Shown here: positions 1-8,516 of the stretch, piece by piece | How positions within the stretch are numbered: position 1 is the stretch's first letter | Layout: every line of letters begins with the position of its first letter | NCBI GenBank assembly: GCA_039799905.1 | Contig: JBDLRP010000004.1 | Location: forward strand, 1-20,001 | Source: Pseudomonadota bacterium | GTDB taxonomy: Bacteria; Bdellovibrionota_B; Oligoflexia; Silvanigrellales; Silvanigrellaceae | Direction: 5' to 3' | DNA length: 20,001 nucleotides | Notes under the pieces: generated by a model | The model's database searches: none | What the model was told of the DNA's origin: nothing | The model's input: only the letters and a program-made list of their open reading frames with translations | Program-made: the position numbers and the translations under genes

Positions 1-759
1 GCTCAGTGGCCGGCAACGGGAACTGTTGAATTCCGGCAGCTCACGCTCCGCTACCGCAAGGAGTTGCCGCCTGTTTTGGAACGGCTGTCACTGAGCATTT
101 CAGCCGGCGAAAGAATCGGCATCGTCGGACGTACGGGCGCAGGCAAGAGCACTTTAATCCAAACGCTTTTCCGAATTGTTGAACCACCGGCCGGCTCGGT
201 CTTCATCGACGGCATCGACATCACCCAAGTGCCGTTGACTCACTTGCGCTCGGGCATTGCCATCATCCCGCAGGATCCGATTTTATTTTCGGGCACGTTC
301 CGCGAAAACATCGACCCCTTCGAACAATACTCTGACGCAGAAGTTCTCAACGCCTTGGAGCGTTCACATCTCAAGCATGTCGTCATGCAACTACCGCACG
401 GACTGGCAACGAACATTCAGGAAGGCGGCGCGAACTTGAGTGTCGGACAGCGCCAACAAATTTGTCTGGCGCGGGCGCTGCTCAGAAATGCCCGCATTCT
501 GTTGCTCGACGAAGCCACGGCAAACGTTGACAACCAGACCGACGCCCTCATTCAGCAGACAATTCAAAACGAATTCCATGGCTGCACAATCATCACAATC
601 GCCCACCGCCTGCACACGGTGATGAATTCCGACCGGATTGTGGTCATGCAGAGCGGCCGGATTGTTGAGTGCGCCCCACCCCAAGCCTTGATCGCGGACA
701 AATCCGGAGTTTTCAGCGGATATTGGGCCGATTCCCTGCTTGAGCTCCCCGCGCGCTGA
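1..759 (+). CDS. ABC transporter, ABCC/MRP-like C-terminal nucleotide-binding domain (5'-truncated by the window edge)
   Basis: Frame is open from base 1 (AQWPATGTVEFRQLTLRYRKELPPVL...), so the track's TTG at 64 is not the start. Walker A GRTGAGKS, Q-loop IIPQDP, signature LSVGQRQ, Walker B ILLLDEATANVD, H-loop TIAHRL. These match the NBD2 pattern of ABCC/MRP proteins. Confidence 0.9.
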   Translation, partial: AQWPATGTVEFRQLTLRYRKELPPVLERLSLSISAGERIGIVGRTGAGKSTLIQTLFRIVEPPAGSVFIDGIDITQVPLTHLRSGIAIIPQDPILFSGTFRENIDPFEQYSDAEVLNALERSHLKHVVMQLPHGLATNIQEGGANLSVGQRQQICLARALLRNARILLLDEATANVDNQTDALIQQTIQNEFHGCTIITIAHRLHTVMNSDRIVVMQSGRIVECAPPQALIADKSGVFSGYWADSLLELPAR

Positions 760-809
760 GATTATGGTTCAAGCCGGTTGATATCGACCGCCGCTTGAAA
801 GGCACCGAA

Positions 810-1295
810 ATGACAAACACAAGTACGGAAAACCAGCCAGCCCACAGCACCCGCCACAAAGGCTGGTATGTTTTAGGGCTTGTCGCAATTGCATCTATCT
901 TGATGGCGGTGCTGACGTCATTCACATACCGCCAAACCGAAGTTCACCTCGTTGAGACTTACGCCCGCTTTACAGAGCTGGGCCAGACCTCAAACGCTGA
1001 ACAATGCATCGACAGTGTCATTGCATGGGTACCGAAGTGTGATGGGATGAAGGCTCTCTGCGAGGGGGCTGTTCCCCGTGTGATGGATAACTGTTTGGCC
1101 GGCCAAAACAGAGCGTCTGAGTGCGCCGCCCTGACAAACCGTCCAGCTGACGCACACTTTGGCTTTAAGGAGTGTGAGGCGCGCGGATTGTCGAGGAGCC
1201 TAAATAAGGTTTGCGGAAATTCTTACAAGGCACTAGACCTCCACTGCAGATCGATAGGGTATCTTCCCGCATCATTAGAGAAGTATGGAAAATGA
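810..1295 (+). CDS. Hypothetical membrane-anchored cysteine-rich protein (8 Cys)
   Basis: ATG at 810 after AAAGG. One hydrophobic segment (WYVLGLVAIASILMAVLTSF) preceded by basic residues, then a soluble domain with 8 Cys. Stop overlaps the ctaB start (ATGA at 1292-1295). Confidence 0.8.
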   Translation: MTNTSTENQPAHSTRHKGWYVLGLVAIASILMAVLTSFTYRQTEVHLVETYARFTELGQTSNAEQCIDSVIAWVPKCDGMKALCEGAVPRVMDNCLAGQNRASECAALTNRPADAHFGFKECEARGLSRSLNKVCGNSYKALDLHCRSIGYLPASLEKYGK

Positions 1296-2188
1296 GTGCA
1301 ACGTCTGACGTCGCTTTCAATCAGCCAGCTCAATCATGGCGCGATTATCTTCAGCTGACCAAACCGCGCATCACGCTTTTTTGTCTGCTGATGACCCTTG
1401 GTGGCGCAGCGCTTGCCCCCGATCAGCTTTCTTTTCGCACATTGCTGGTCACATTGCTCGGAACCGCACTTTCCGTTGGTTCTGCCAACGCTCTCAATAT
1501 GTGGTGGGAGCGCGAATCCGACAAACTCATGAAAAGAACTGCACAACGTCCATTGCCGACAGGTCGGATGAACGCTCTGACGGCGTTGACTTTTGCAATA
1601 CTGCTTGGCATCGCTTCGGTCGCAGTGCTTGGATTTTGGGTGAATTGGACCACATCTCTACTGAGTTTATTTGCTCTTTTAAGCTACGTCCTCGTCTACA
1701 CACCACTTAAAAAAATCACCCCTCACGCGCTGCTCATCGGCGCTGTTCCAGGGGCCATGCCGCCACTGCTCGGCTGGACCGCCGTCACAGGAGAAATCAC
1801 CGCACCCGGAGTCGTTCTCTTTGCGATACTGTTGATTTGGCAGATTCCGCATTTCATCGCTATTTCCGTGAATCATGCGGAAGACTACAAAAAGGCAGGC
1901 ATCAAAACATGGCCAGGTGAGCGCGGACTGCGCCCCGCAACGGTTCAAGCTCTTGCCTATTCACTGCTGCTGGTACCCATCAGCCTGCTTCTGCCCAAAC
2001 TTGGAGTGGCCAGCCACTTATACGCTGTCACTGCGATTGCACTGGGCGTCTGGATGATCGTTCTCAGCGCACGCGGCTTCAATCCCGAGAAACACACACG
2101 CTGGGCAAAACAACTTTTCATTGCTTCGCTGGTTTACCTCCCTGTGCTGACCGCCGGATTGGCTATCGATGTTTTGTTGTTGAAATGA
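1292..2188 (+). CDS. ctaB: Protoheme IX farnesyltransferase (heme O synthase)
   Basis: Motifs LTKPRI, ALNMWWERESDKLMKRTAQRPLPTGR, YTPLKK, GAVPGAMPPLLGW and WQIPHF..DY; multiple TM helices. Start moved from the track's 1211 to the ATG at 1292 because of the ATGA overlap. Confidence 0.95.
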   Translation: MSATSDVAFNQPAQSWRDYLQLTKPRITLFCLLMTLGGAALAPDQLSFRTLLVTLLGTALSVGSANALNMWWERESDKLMKRTAQRPLPTGRMNALTALTFAILLGIASVAVLGFWVNWTTSLLSLFALLSYVLVYTPLKKITPHALLIGAVPGAMPPLLGWTAVTGEITAPGVVLFAILLIWQIPHFIAISVNHAEDYKKAGIKTWPGERGLRPATVQALAYSLLLVPISLLLPKLGVASHLYAVTAIALGVWMIVLSARGFNPEKHTRWAKQLFIASLVYLPVLTAGLAIDVLLLK

Positions 2189-3132
2189 AGCAAGCCATAC
2201 TGTCACTGGAAAACTTCATATTTGCCTACAACAGAAATGCGCCGGCAACCCTGAGCGTCGAAGCACTCGATATCGCAGAAGGCGAAACTGTAGCATTGGT
2301 CGGACGCAACGGTTCAGGAAAATCAACGCTGCTTCTCTCACTCGCAGGTTTATTGCAATCTCGGCAAGGCAAAAGACTCAGCACCATTCCACCGGAAAAA
2401 ACAGCGTTCGTATTTCAGACACCTTGTCTCGATAAAAAACTCACTGTCGCTGAAAATCTGGTCCTATTTGGCAAGGTCTGGGGGTTGAGCAAAAAAACCA
2501 TCGGCCAAACCCTTGAAAAGCTCAACACCACCTTGCAACTCGATGAGCTCTTGAACCGTACCGTCCAGACTCTCTCGGGCGGACAGCAACGCCGAGCTGA
2601 TCTGGCACGTGCACTTCTTGTTGAGCCGCAAGTACTGTTCCTCGATGAACCGACGGTCGGTCTCGATCTCATTTCACAGCGTGAATTTTGGTCGGTGCTT
2701 GCGGAGGCGCGCAGAATGCGTCCTGACCTGACAATCATCTGCGCCTCTCACCATGCGGCGGAATTGAAGCTTTTTGAGCGAATTATCTTTCTCAATGGCG
2801 GAAAAATCTCGCTTGACGCAGCACAAAATTCGCTCGTTCATCTTTTGCCGGAAGAAACTCTCGAAGTCAGCACGCACACCACTGCCGATTCCTTCAATAA
2901 AGAGTTGCAGCGACTGACCCAACTGCGCGGCTCGGTGGTGGCACACGACAAACTTCTGATTCACGCCGCAAACGCGACACAAATTCTTGAGACTCTGAGA
3001 TGCCATGACCAGCTCCAGTTGCATCTTGATTCTGTGCTGATCAGGAAAACAAGCCTTTCAGATGCGGTCTGGCAAAGACTTTTGCAGTTCGCGGAAGAAA
3101 CGCTGGTGAGAGCCGAGGAGGCACCCTCATGA
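2185..3132 (+). CDS. ABC transporter ATP-binding protein (ABC-2/DrrA-like)
   Basis: Walker A GRNGSGKS, signature LSGGQQRR, Walker B VLFLDEPTVGLD, H-loop ASH, and a C-terminal extension of about 100 aa. ATGA overlap with ctaB. Confidence 0.9.
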   Translation: MKQAILSLENFIFAYNRNAPATLSVEALDIAEGETVALVGRNGSGKSTLLLSLAGLLQSRQGKRLSTIPPEKTAFVFQTPCLDKKLTVAENLVLFGKVWGLSKKTIGQTLEKLNTTLQLDELLNRTVQTLSGGQQRRADLARALLVEPQVLFLDEPTVGLDLISQREFWSVLAEARRMRPDLTIICASHHAAELKLFERIIFLNGGKISLDAAQNSLVHLLPEETLEVSTHTTADSFNKELQRLTQLRGSVVAHDKLLIHAANATQILETLRCHDQLQLHLDSVLIRKTSLSDAVWQRLLQFAEETLVRAEEAPS

Positions 3133-3899
3133 TTGGCGGCACCCTTAAAGTTGCAGCAGCCCTCTGGCAACGCGACATGTTGCGCTTTCGCAAAGAGCGT
3201 TCTCGCTGGCTGGGGCTGGTGTCTCAGCCACTGATGTTCTGGTTTCTCATTGGATTTGGTCTCAACAACGTCATCAGCACGCCTATTGGCAACGCCAATT
3301 ATCTGCAGTTTTTTTATTGCGGCTCGCTGGTCATGTGCGTTCTGTTCACAACACTCTTCGGTGCCATCAGCCTTATCGAAGACGCACAGAGCGGATTTCT
3401 CCGCGCTATTCTCATTTCTCCTGCCTCGCGGCTGGGTATCGCGCTTGGCAAGATTTCCGGGCTCGTCACGCTCGTTGCGGTGCAAATTGCCATCTTGATG
3501 CTTTTCTTGCCACTGGCAGGAATTCCATTTTCAACGATCCGCTGGAGTGCATTGCTTGCAGGAATGATTCTCGGCTCTTCTGTTCTTGCGGCGCTCAATC
3601 TGGGTGCAGCTCTCTTTATCAACTCGGTACAGGGCTATCATGCGGTCATGGGTCTGTTGCTTTTTCCGCTTTGGATTGTCTCGGGCGCAATGTTTCCGAT
3701 TCCCGACAGCGGGATTTGGGGATGGCTCGCGGCTCTTAATCCAATGACGCACACGTCGGCGCTATTTCGCGCCGGTTTGCTCGGAACCTCAGATGCCGCA
3801 AGTCCGCTGTTCCATACTTCACTGCTCATCATTCAACTTCTTTTTGCGGTCCGGTTTACGACCGTCATGACGCAAAGTCGAAAGGCACGCCATGTTTGA
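3129..3899 (+). CDS. ABC-2 type transporter permease
   Basis: About 6 TM segments with ABC-2 patterns (WQRDMLRFRK, EDAQSGFLRAILISP..R, GK, SGAMFP, LNPMTH). ATGA overlap with the ATPase gene. Confidence 0.9.
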   Translation: MIGGTLKVAAALWQRDMLRFRKERSRWLGLVSQPLMFWFLIGFGLNNVISTPIGNANYLQFFYCGSLVMCVLFTTLFGAISLIEDAQSGFLRAILISPASRLGIALGKISGLVTLVAVQIAILMLFLPLAGIPFSTIRWSALLAGMILGSSVLAALNLGAALFINSVQGYHAVMGLLLFPLWIVSGAMFPIPDSGIWGWLAALNPMTHTSALFRAGLLGTSDAASPLFHTSLLIIQLLFAVRFTTVMTQSRKARHV

Positions 3900-4521
3900 A
3901 AAATTCGTGGAAAGCTTCAAGCGCAGCCCGTATCTTTGGTCAGCAATCATCGGAATCTCTTTTATTACGATCGTCACTCCTCTGACACGCCGTGTACCGG
4001 AGCCGCCTCCAGTTCTGAGCACTATGCCTGCATTCACACTGACAGGACCGGACGGCGCACCCTTCGGCTCTGATCAGCTTACCGGCAGAGCTTACGTCGC
4101 AAGCTTTCTCTTTACACGCTGCGAAACCTTGTGCCCGATGATCATCCAGCACCTCACACACCTGCAAAAGCGCATTGTGCACGACAAAATGCCGCTGACC
4201 TTAGTCAGTATCACTGTCGACCCTGAATTCGACACTGCAAGTGTACTCAAGTCATACGCGGAAAAAGTCGGTGCCGACCCCGCAGCTTGGACATTCCTCA
4301 CCGGCCCGCGCGCAGACATCACGACCGTGATCGAGAAAGGCTTCACAGTGGGCGTGGGTGCTCCCACGATTGTGAATGGCCTGATGGACATCGCTCACTC
4401 TCAGAAGTTTGTTCTCGTCGACAGCAAGGGTCGCATCCGTGGATACTATGATGCATCATCCGAAGGCATCGACGAGCTCTATGCACGCGCCGAAGCAGTG
4501 ATCGGCGAACTGCTGATGTAA
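3892..4521 (+). CDS. SCO1/SenC family copper chaperone (SCO-1)
   Basis: N-terminal TM anchor, FTRCETLCP (CxxxC), SITVDPEFDT, WTFLTG, conserved His in IAHSQKFVLVD..G.IRGYY. Confidence 0.93.
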   Translation: MFEKFVESFKRSPYLWSAIIGISFITIVTPLTRRVPEPPPVLSTMPAFTLTGPDGAPFGSDQLTGRAYVASFLFTRCETLCPMIIQHLTHLQKRIVHDKMPLTLVSITVDPEFDTASVLKSYAEKVGADPAAWTFLTGPRADITTVIEKGFTVGVGAPTIVNGLMDIAHSQKFVLVDSKGRIRGYYDASSEGIDELYARAEAVIGELLM

Positions 4522-4565
4522 TCCCATCCGCAGACACTAGCACGTAGACAGAGCTCACGTGCGAG

Positions 4566-4588
4566 CATGACTCAGATCAACTTTCCCA
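4566..4588 (+). repeat. Left copy of a short imperfect direct repeat (CATGAC-tcaga-TCAACTTTCCCA)
   Basis: Matches 17511-17528 (CATGACTCAACTTTCCCA) except for a 5-nt insertion; intergenic, upstream of actA. Confidence 0.45.
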
Positions 4589-4731
4589 TTAAAATTTCTC
4601 AAGTGATTCTTTTGGTGCGAGACTTGCTCAGGCAGGCCTGATGAACTAGAGATTCGGTCGGCGTAGTGTGAATGGCTCACCTGCGACGTTCGTATTTCGC
4701 GTGTCGAACCCTCATGCATGAAGGTGATCGA

Positions 4732-5382
4732 GTGACACCCATTTTTCCTAAGTGGACCAATCGGATTCCGACTTTGGTTGCGATTGGCGCCCCAATTGTT
4801 CTTATCGGCGTAGTTTCTTTTGTTTGGTATTTTTTCTCTCCCAAATGGACGGATGTCGGGTACTCTCCGAAACAACCCGTCGCATTCAGCCATCAGCTGC
4901 ACGCTGGGCAGATGGGAATGGATTGTCGCTATTGCCACAGCACGGTTGAGCGAGCTGCATTCGCGGCGATTCCGCCCACCGAAACATGCATGGGCTGCCA
5001 CAGCATGGTTCAGGCAAAGAGCCCGCGTCTTCAACTTGTGCGCGACTCCTACAAAACAGGAAAACCAATTGAATGGGTGAAGGTGCACATGCTCCCCGAG
5101 CACGCCGCCTTCAATCACTCGATTCACGTCGGTCAAGGCGTCAACTGTGTCTCCTGCCACGGCCGCATCGACCAAATGAAGGTTGTGGGACAAGCGGAAC
5201 CGCTCAGCATGGGCTGGTGCCTTGATTGCCACCGCAATCCGTATCCCAATCTTGTTCCGAAAGATCAGATCACAAACCTCGCCTATGACCCAGTCAAGGC
5301 CGGCTATGACTTCTTCACGGACCCGCACCGTCAGCGCAAGGACCTAAAACCTCCGCAGCACTGTTCTGGTTGCCACTACTGA
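4732..5382 (+). CDS. actA: Alternative complex III subunit A, pentaheme cytochrome c
   Basis: Five CxxCH motifs (CRYCH, CMGCH, CVSCH, CLDCH, CSGCH), N-terminal TM helix, PKQPVAFSHQLH and LSMGWCLDCH. Probable GTG start at 4732 after the SD-like GAAGGTGA. Confidence 0.93.
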   Translation: MTPIFPKWTNRIPTLVAIGAPIVLIGVVSFVWYFFSPKWTDVGYSPKQPVAFSHQLHAGQMGMDCRYCHSTVERAAFAAIPPTETCMGCHSMVQAKSPRLQLVRDSYKTGKPIEWVKVHMLPEHAAFNHSIHVGQGVNCVSCHGRIDQMKVVGQAEPLSMGWCLDCHRNPYPNLVPKDQITNLAYDPVKAGYDFFTDPHRQRKDLKPPQHCSGCHY

Positions 5383-5409
5383 CACGACTTGATTCTGGGG
5401 ACTGCACAC

Positions 5410-8400
5410 ATGCACTCTGAAAATAATCAGGAAAAAAGCGGCAAAAAATACTGGCGAAGTCTGGAAGAATTGGCTGAATCGCCCGACTTGCTCGCGAAAA
5501 TGAAAAATGAATTTCCAACCGGCGCCGCCGAACTCGAAGTGACTGCAGGCGTTGATCGCCGCAAGTTTCTCGGCATCATCGGCGCGTCTGCAGCGTTTGC
5601 AGGACTAACCTCTGCAACAGGCTGCATTCGCAAACCGTCCGAAAAAATTCTGCCTTACAACAAGCGTCCTGAAGACCTCGTTGAAGGAAAAGCTCAGTAC
5701 TACGCTTCTGCGGGTCGCTTTGGCGGAAGCGTTCTTGGACTCCTCGTCACGAGCTACGACGGCCGTCCAACAAAAATCGACGGCAACCCGTCGCATCCGA
5801 TGAGCCTTGGCGCAACGAACGCGTTTGCACAGGCTGCAGTCCTCGACCTCTATGATCCGGACCGCAGTCAAAAAGTACTCAAGGCTGGCGTCAAAGCTGA
5901 TGGTGGAAAAACCACAGTTAAGAGCCTGAAGGCAGCTCTTGCTGCAGCAGCTGCCGAACTCAAGGATAACGCCGGACAAGGCGCTGCTCTTCTTATGGAA
6001 GCAGTTCCTTCTCCGACACTGCTCGGGCTGGTTCGCGAATTTCAATCGGCTTATCCCAAAACCACAATTGCAATTCACGATCCGGCGATGCGCTGGCAGG
6101 AAGCTGCCGCACTTGAATCTGTCGGATATAAGAATGCTCAACTTGTGAACCGTTTTGATGATGCTGATGTGATTGTTGCCTTTGATGCAGATCCATTGGG
6201 TCTCGAAGGTGATTCCATCCGCAACAGCAAGATGTACGCAGCAAAACGCCGTAGCGTCGACGAGACAAAGAAAATGTCCCGTTTGTACGTTGTCGAGCCT
6301 GCATTCAGCCTGACAGGCGCAGTAGCTGATCATCGTCTGAGCCTTCGTTCGTCAGGAATCGGCGAGTGCGTTTTAGCACTCGCAGCCGAATTGTCGGACC
6401 TCGGTCTTGCAATCCCTGCAGACGTTGTCGCGCGCGGCAAACAAGCAGCAAATCCAAATCCAAAATGGGTCAAAGCGCTTGCTGCCGACTTGGTTGCCAA
6501 CAAGGGCAACAGCCTTCTTTTGGTGGGCAACACACAACGCGCATGGGTGCACGCGGTGGCATTCGTCATCAACTCTGCCCTTGGTAACGTTGGCCGTGGC
6601 GTCATCGTGCGCTCAAGCCCGCTGCCTGCAGCCAAAACCCTTGCCGAACTGACTGCCGACATCAACCGCGGTTCGGTTCAGGCTCTGGTCATGATTGACG
6701 TCAATCCGGTTTACACATCATCAGCGGAAATCGGTTTTGCCGACGCACTCAAAAAAGTAAAAACAAGCATTCACCTCGGCTACCACTCCGATGAAACTGC
6801 GATGGCCTCGAGCTGGCACTTCCCACGCAGCCACTTCCTCGAAAGCTGGGGCGACTTACTTGCATCCGATGGCACTGCATCAATCGTGCAGCCCCTGATC
6901 GAGCCACTCTTCCCGTCTCTTTCGGAAGTTGAATTCCTCGCAGGACTTCTGGGCAAAACTGCAAATGGATACGAGCTTGTCCAGACACAGTGGAAGTCGA
7001 CGGCTGGCGCAGATTTCGCTGCAGCTTGGCGGCGCTGGCTGCATGATGGTGTCATCAAGCAAACCCTCGGCGAGACTCTCTCAGGAAAAAGCGATTTCAG
7101 CGCACTCGGACAGCGCCTGGTTGGAGTCGGTACATCTCCGTCTCCTTCGGTATCGCAAATGGAACTTCTCCTGACACTCGACCGCAGTGTCTATGACGGC
7201 CGCTACGCGAACAATGCATGGCTGCAGGAACTTCCCGACTCAATCACAAAACTGACTTGGGACAACGCAGCCCTGATGAGCCCGAAGACGGCAAAAGAAA
7301 AGGGCATTAAGACGGGTGACCTCGTTGAAATCAAAGTCCGCGGCGAAAAAGAACGCCGTCTCAAAATTGCTGCCTTCGTTGTTCCCGGAGTTGCTGAGCA
7401 CACGGTTGTTGTCCAGCTTGGATACGGCCGCACATTCAATGGACGTGTGTCGTCGGGAACAGGCTTCAACGGCTACGAATTGCTCGGCCGCGACGATTCA
7501 TTCAACTTCGGTGCTGAAGTTCAGCTTGCCGGCGGCAAATACGACCTGGCGACAACTCAGGAGCATGGTGTTTCTGACTATGAGTACGACACGAAGGTTG
7601 GAGCGGAAGCCATCCGCAACCGCGGTGTATATCGCGAACTGACGCTTGCCACTGTGACCGCAGAACCCTCACTCGAGAAGGCGTTCGGGAAATTCAACCT
7701 TGGCAACCCCAAAAATCACCGCACGCTCTTGTGGACAAAATCCATCGAGACACGCGGCAACCAATGGGGCATGACCATCGACCTCAACTCGTGCACGGGC
7801 TGTAACGCTTGTACGGCAGCGTGTCAGGCCGAGAACAACATCTCTGTTGTCGGTAAAAACCGCGTGTTGAAGAGCCGCGAAATGCACTGGATCCGCATTG
7901 ACCGCTACTTTGCCGGCAGTGTCGACAATCCAGACTCCATTCAAGCTGTGTTTCAGCCGCTGGCTTGTGCGCACTGTGAAACCGCACCCTGCGAGCAGGT
8001 TTGCCCTGTTGCAGCTACAGTCCATGGAGCCGAAGGCACCAACGACATCGCATACAACCGCTGTATCGGTACGCGCTACTGCGCAAACAACTGCCCGTAC
8101 AAGGTTCGCCGCTTCAACTACTTCAACTTCTCGAAAGAAAACGACGAACAGAACCCGCTTTACGCGATGCAGAAAAACCCTCGCGTCACGGTTCGCTTCC
8201 GTGGTGTTATCGAGAAATGCACGTACTGTATCCAGCGTGTGAACGCGGCACGCATCGAAAGCAAGCTAAAGGGCGAAGAGATCATCCGCGATGGCGGAGT
8301 CGTCACTGCCTGCCAGCAGGTCTGCCCGACCGACGCCATCATGTTCGGCAATATCAATGATCCTGACAGCCGCGTTTCGCAGCTCAAGGCATTGCCGCGC

Positions 8401-8502
8401 AACTATGCTGTCCTCTCGGAGCTTGCGATTGAGCCGCGCACGACTTTCCTTGCGAAGGTCCGCAACGCTAACCCTGAACTTGACTCCTCAACTCAACTCT
8501 GA
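5410..8502 (+). CDS. actB: Alternative complex III subunit B (molybdopterin-oxidoreductase-like domain fused to an Fe-S domain)
   Basis: KYWRSLEEL leader, twin-arginine VDRRKFL followed by a lipobox-like ATGC, GRPTKIDGNPSHP, NNAWLQELPD. Fe-S motifs CTGCNACTAAC, CAHCETAPCEQVCP, CIGTRYCANNCP and CTYC...CQQVCP. ATG at 5410 preferred over the track's TTG at 5389. Confidence 0.95.
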   Translation: MHSENNQEKSGKKYWRSLEELAESPDLLAKMKNEFPTGAAELEVTAGVDRRKFLGIIGASAAFAGLTSATGCIRKPSEKILPYNKRPEDLVEGKAQYYASAGRFGGSVLGLLVTSYDGRPTKIDGNPSHPMSLGATNAFAQAAVLDLYDPDRSQKVLKAGVKADGGKTTVKSLKAALAAAAAELKDNAGQGAALLMEAVPSPTLLGLVREFQSAYPKTTIAIHDPAMRWQEAAALESVGYKNAQLVNRFDDADVIVAFDADPLGLEGDSIRNSKMYAAKRRSVDETKKMSRLYVVEPAFSLTGAVADHRLSLRSSGIGECVLALAAELSDLGLAIPADVVARGKQAANPNPKWVKALAADLVANKGNSLLLVGNTQRAWVHAVAFVINSALGNVGRGVIVRSSPLPAAKTLAELTADINRGSVQALVMIDVNPVYTSSAEIGFADALKKVKTSIHLGYHSDETAMASSWHFPRSHFLESWGDLLASDGTASIVQPLIEPLFPSLSEVEFLAGLLGKTANGYELVQTQWKSTAGADFAAAWRRWLHDGVIKQTLGETLSGKSDFSALGQRLVGVGTSPSPSVSQMELLLTLDRSVYDGRYANNAWLQELPDSITKLTWDNAALMSPKTAKEKGIKTGDLVEIKVRGEKERRLKIAAFVVPGVAEHTVVVQLGYGRTFNGRVSSGTGFNGYELLGRDDSFNFGAEVQLAGGKYDLATTQEHGVSDYEYDTKVGAEAIRNRGVYRELTLATVTAEPSLEKAFGKFNLGNPKNHRTLLWTKSIETRGNQWGMTIDLNSCTGCNACTAACQAENNISVVGKNRVLKSREMHWIRIDRYFAGSVDNPDSIQAVFQPLACAHCETAPCEQVCPVAATVHGAEGTNDIAYNRCIGTRYCANNCPYKVRRFNYFNFSKENDEQNPLYAMQKNPRVTVRFRGVIEKCTYCIQRVNAARIESKLKGEEIIRDGGVVTACQQVCPTDAIMFGNINDPDSRVSQLKALPRNYAVLSELAIEPRTTFLAKVRNANPELDSSTQL

Positions 8503-8516
8503 CGTGGTGAGCGTAC

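Noticed and set aside
1211..1291. Longer N-termini in the ORF track for ctaB (1211), and likewise actA (4672), actB (5389), actF (11103) and coxA (14598)
   Set aside because: Downstream starts fit SD position, ATGA coupling or expected family N-termini better.
4555..5328. 257-aa antisense ORF opposite actA
   Set aside because: Overlaps most of a well-supported gene, has no recognisable motif, and is consistent with a shadow frame produced by codon bias.
6450..6464. Short tandem AAATCC AAATCC AAA in actB
   Set aside because: Only about two units, in frame (NPNPK); expected by chance in a linker.
5410..7700. ActB N-terminal region as an active molybdoenzyme (nitrate, DMSO or polysulfide reductase)
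   Set aside because: Context and motifs identify ActB, which in solved ACIII structures has the fold but no molybdopterin cofactor.
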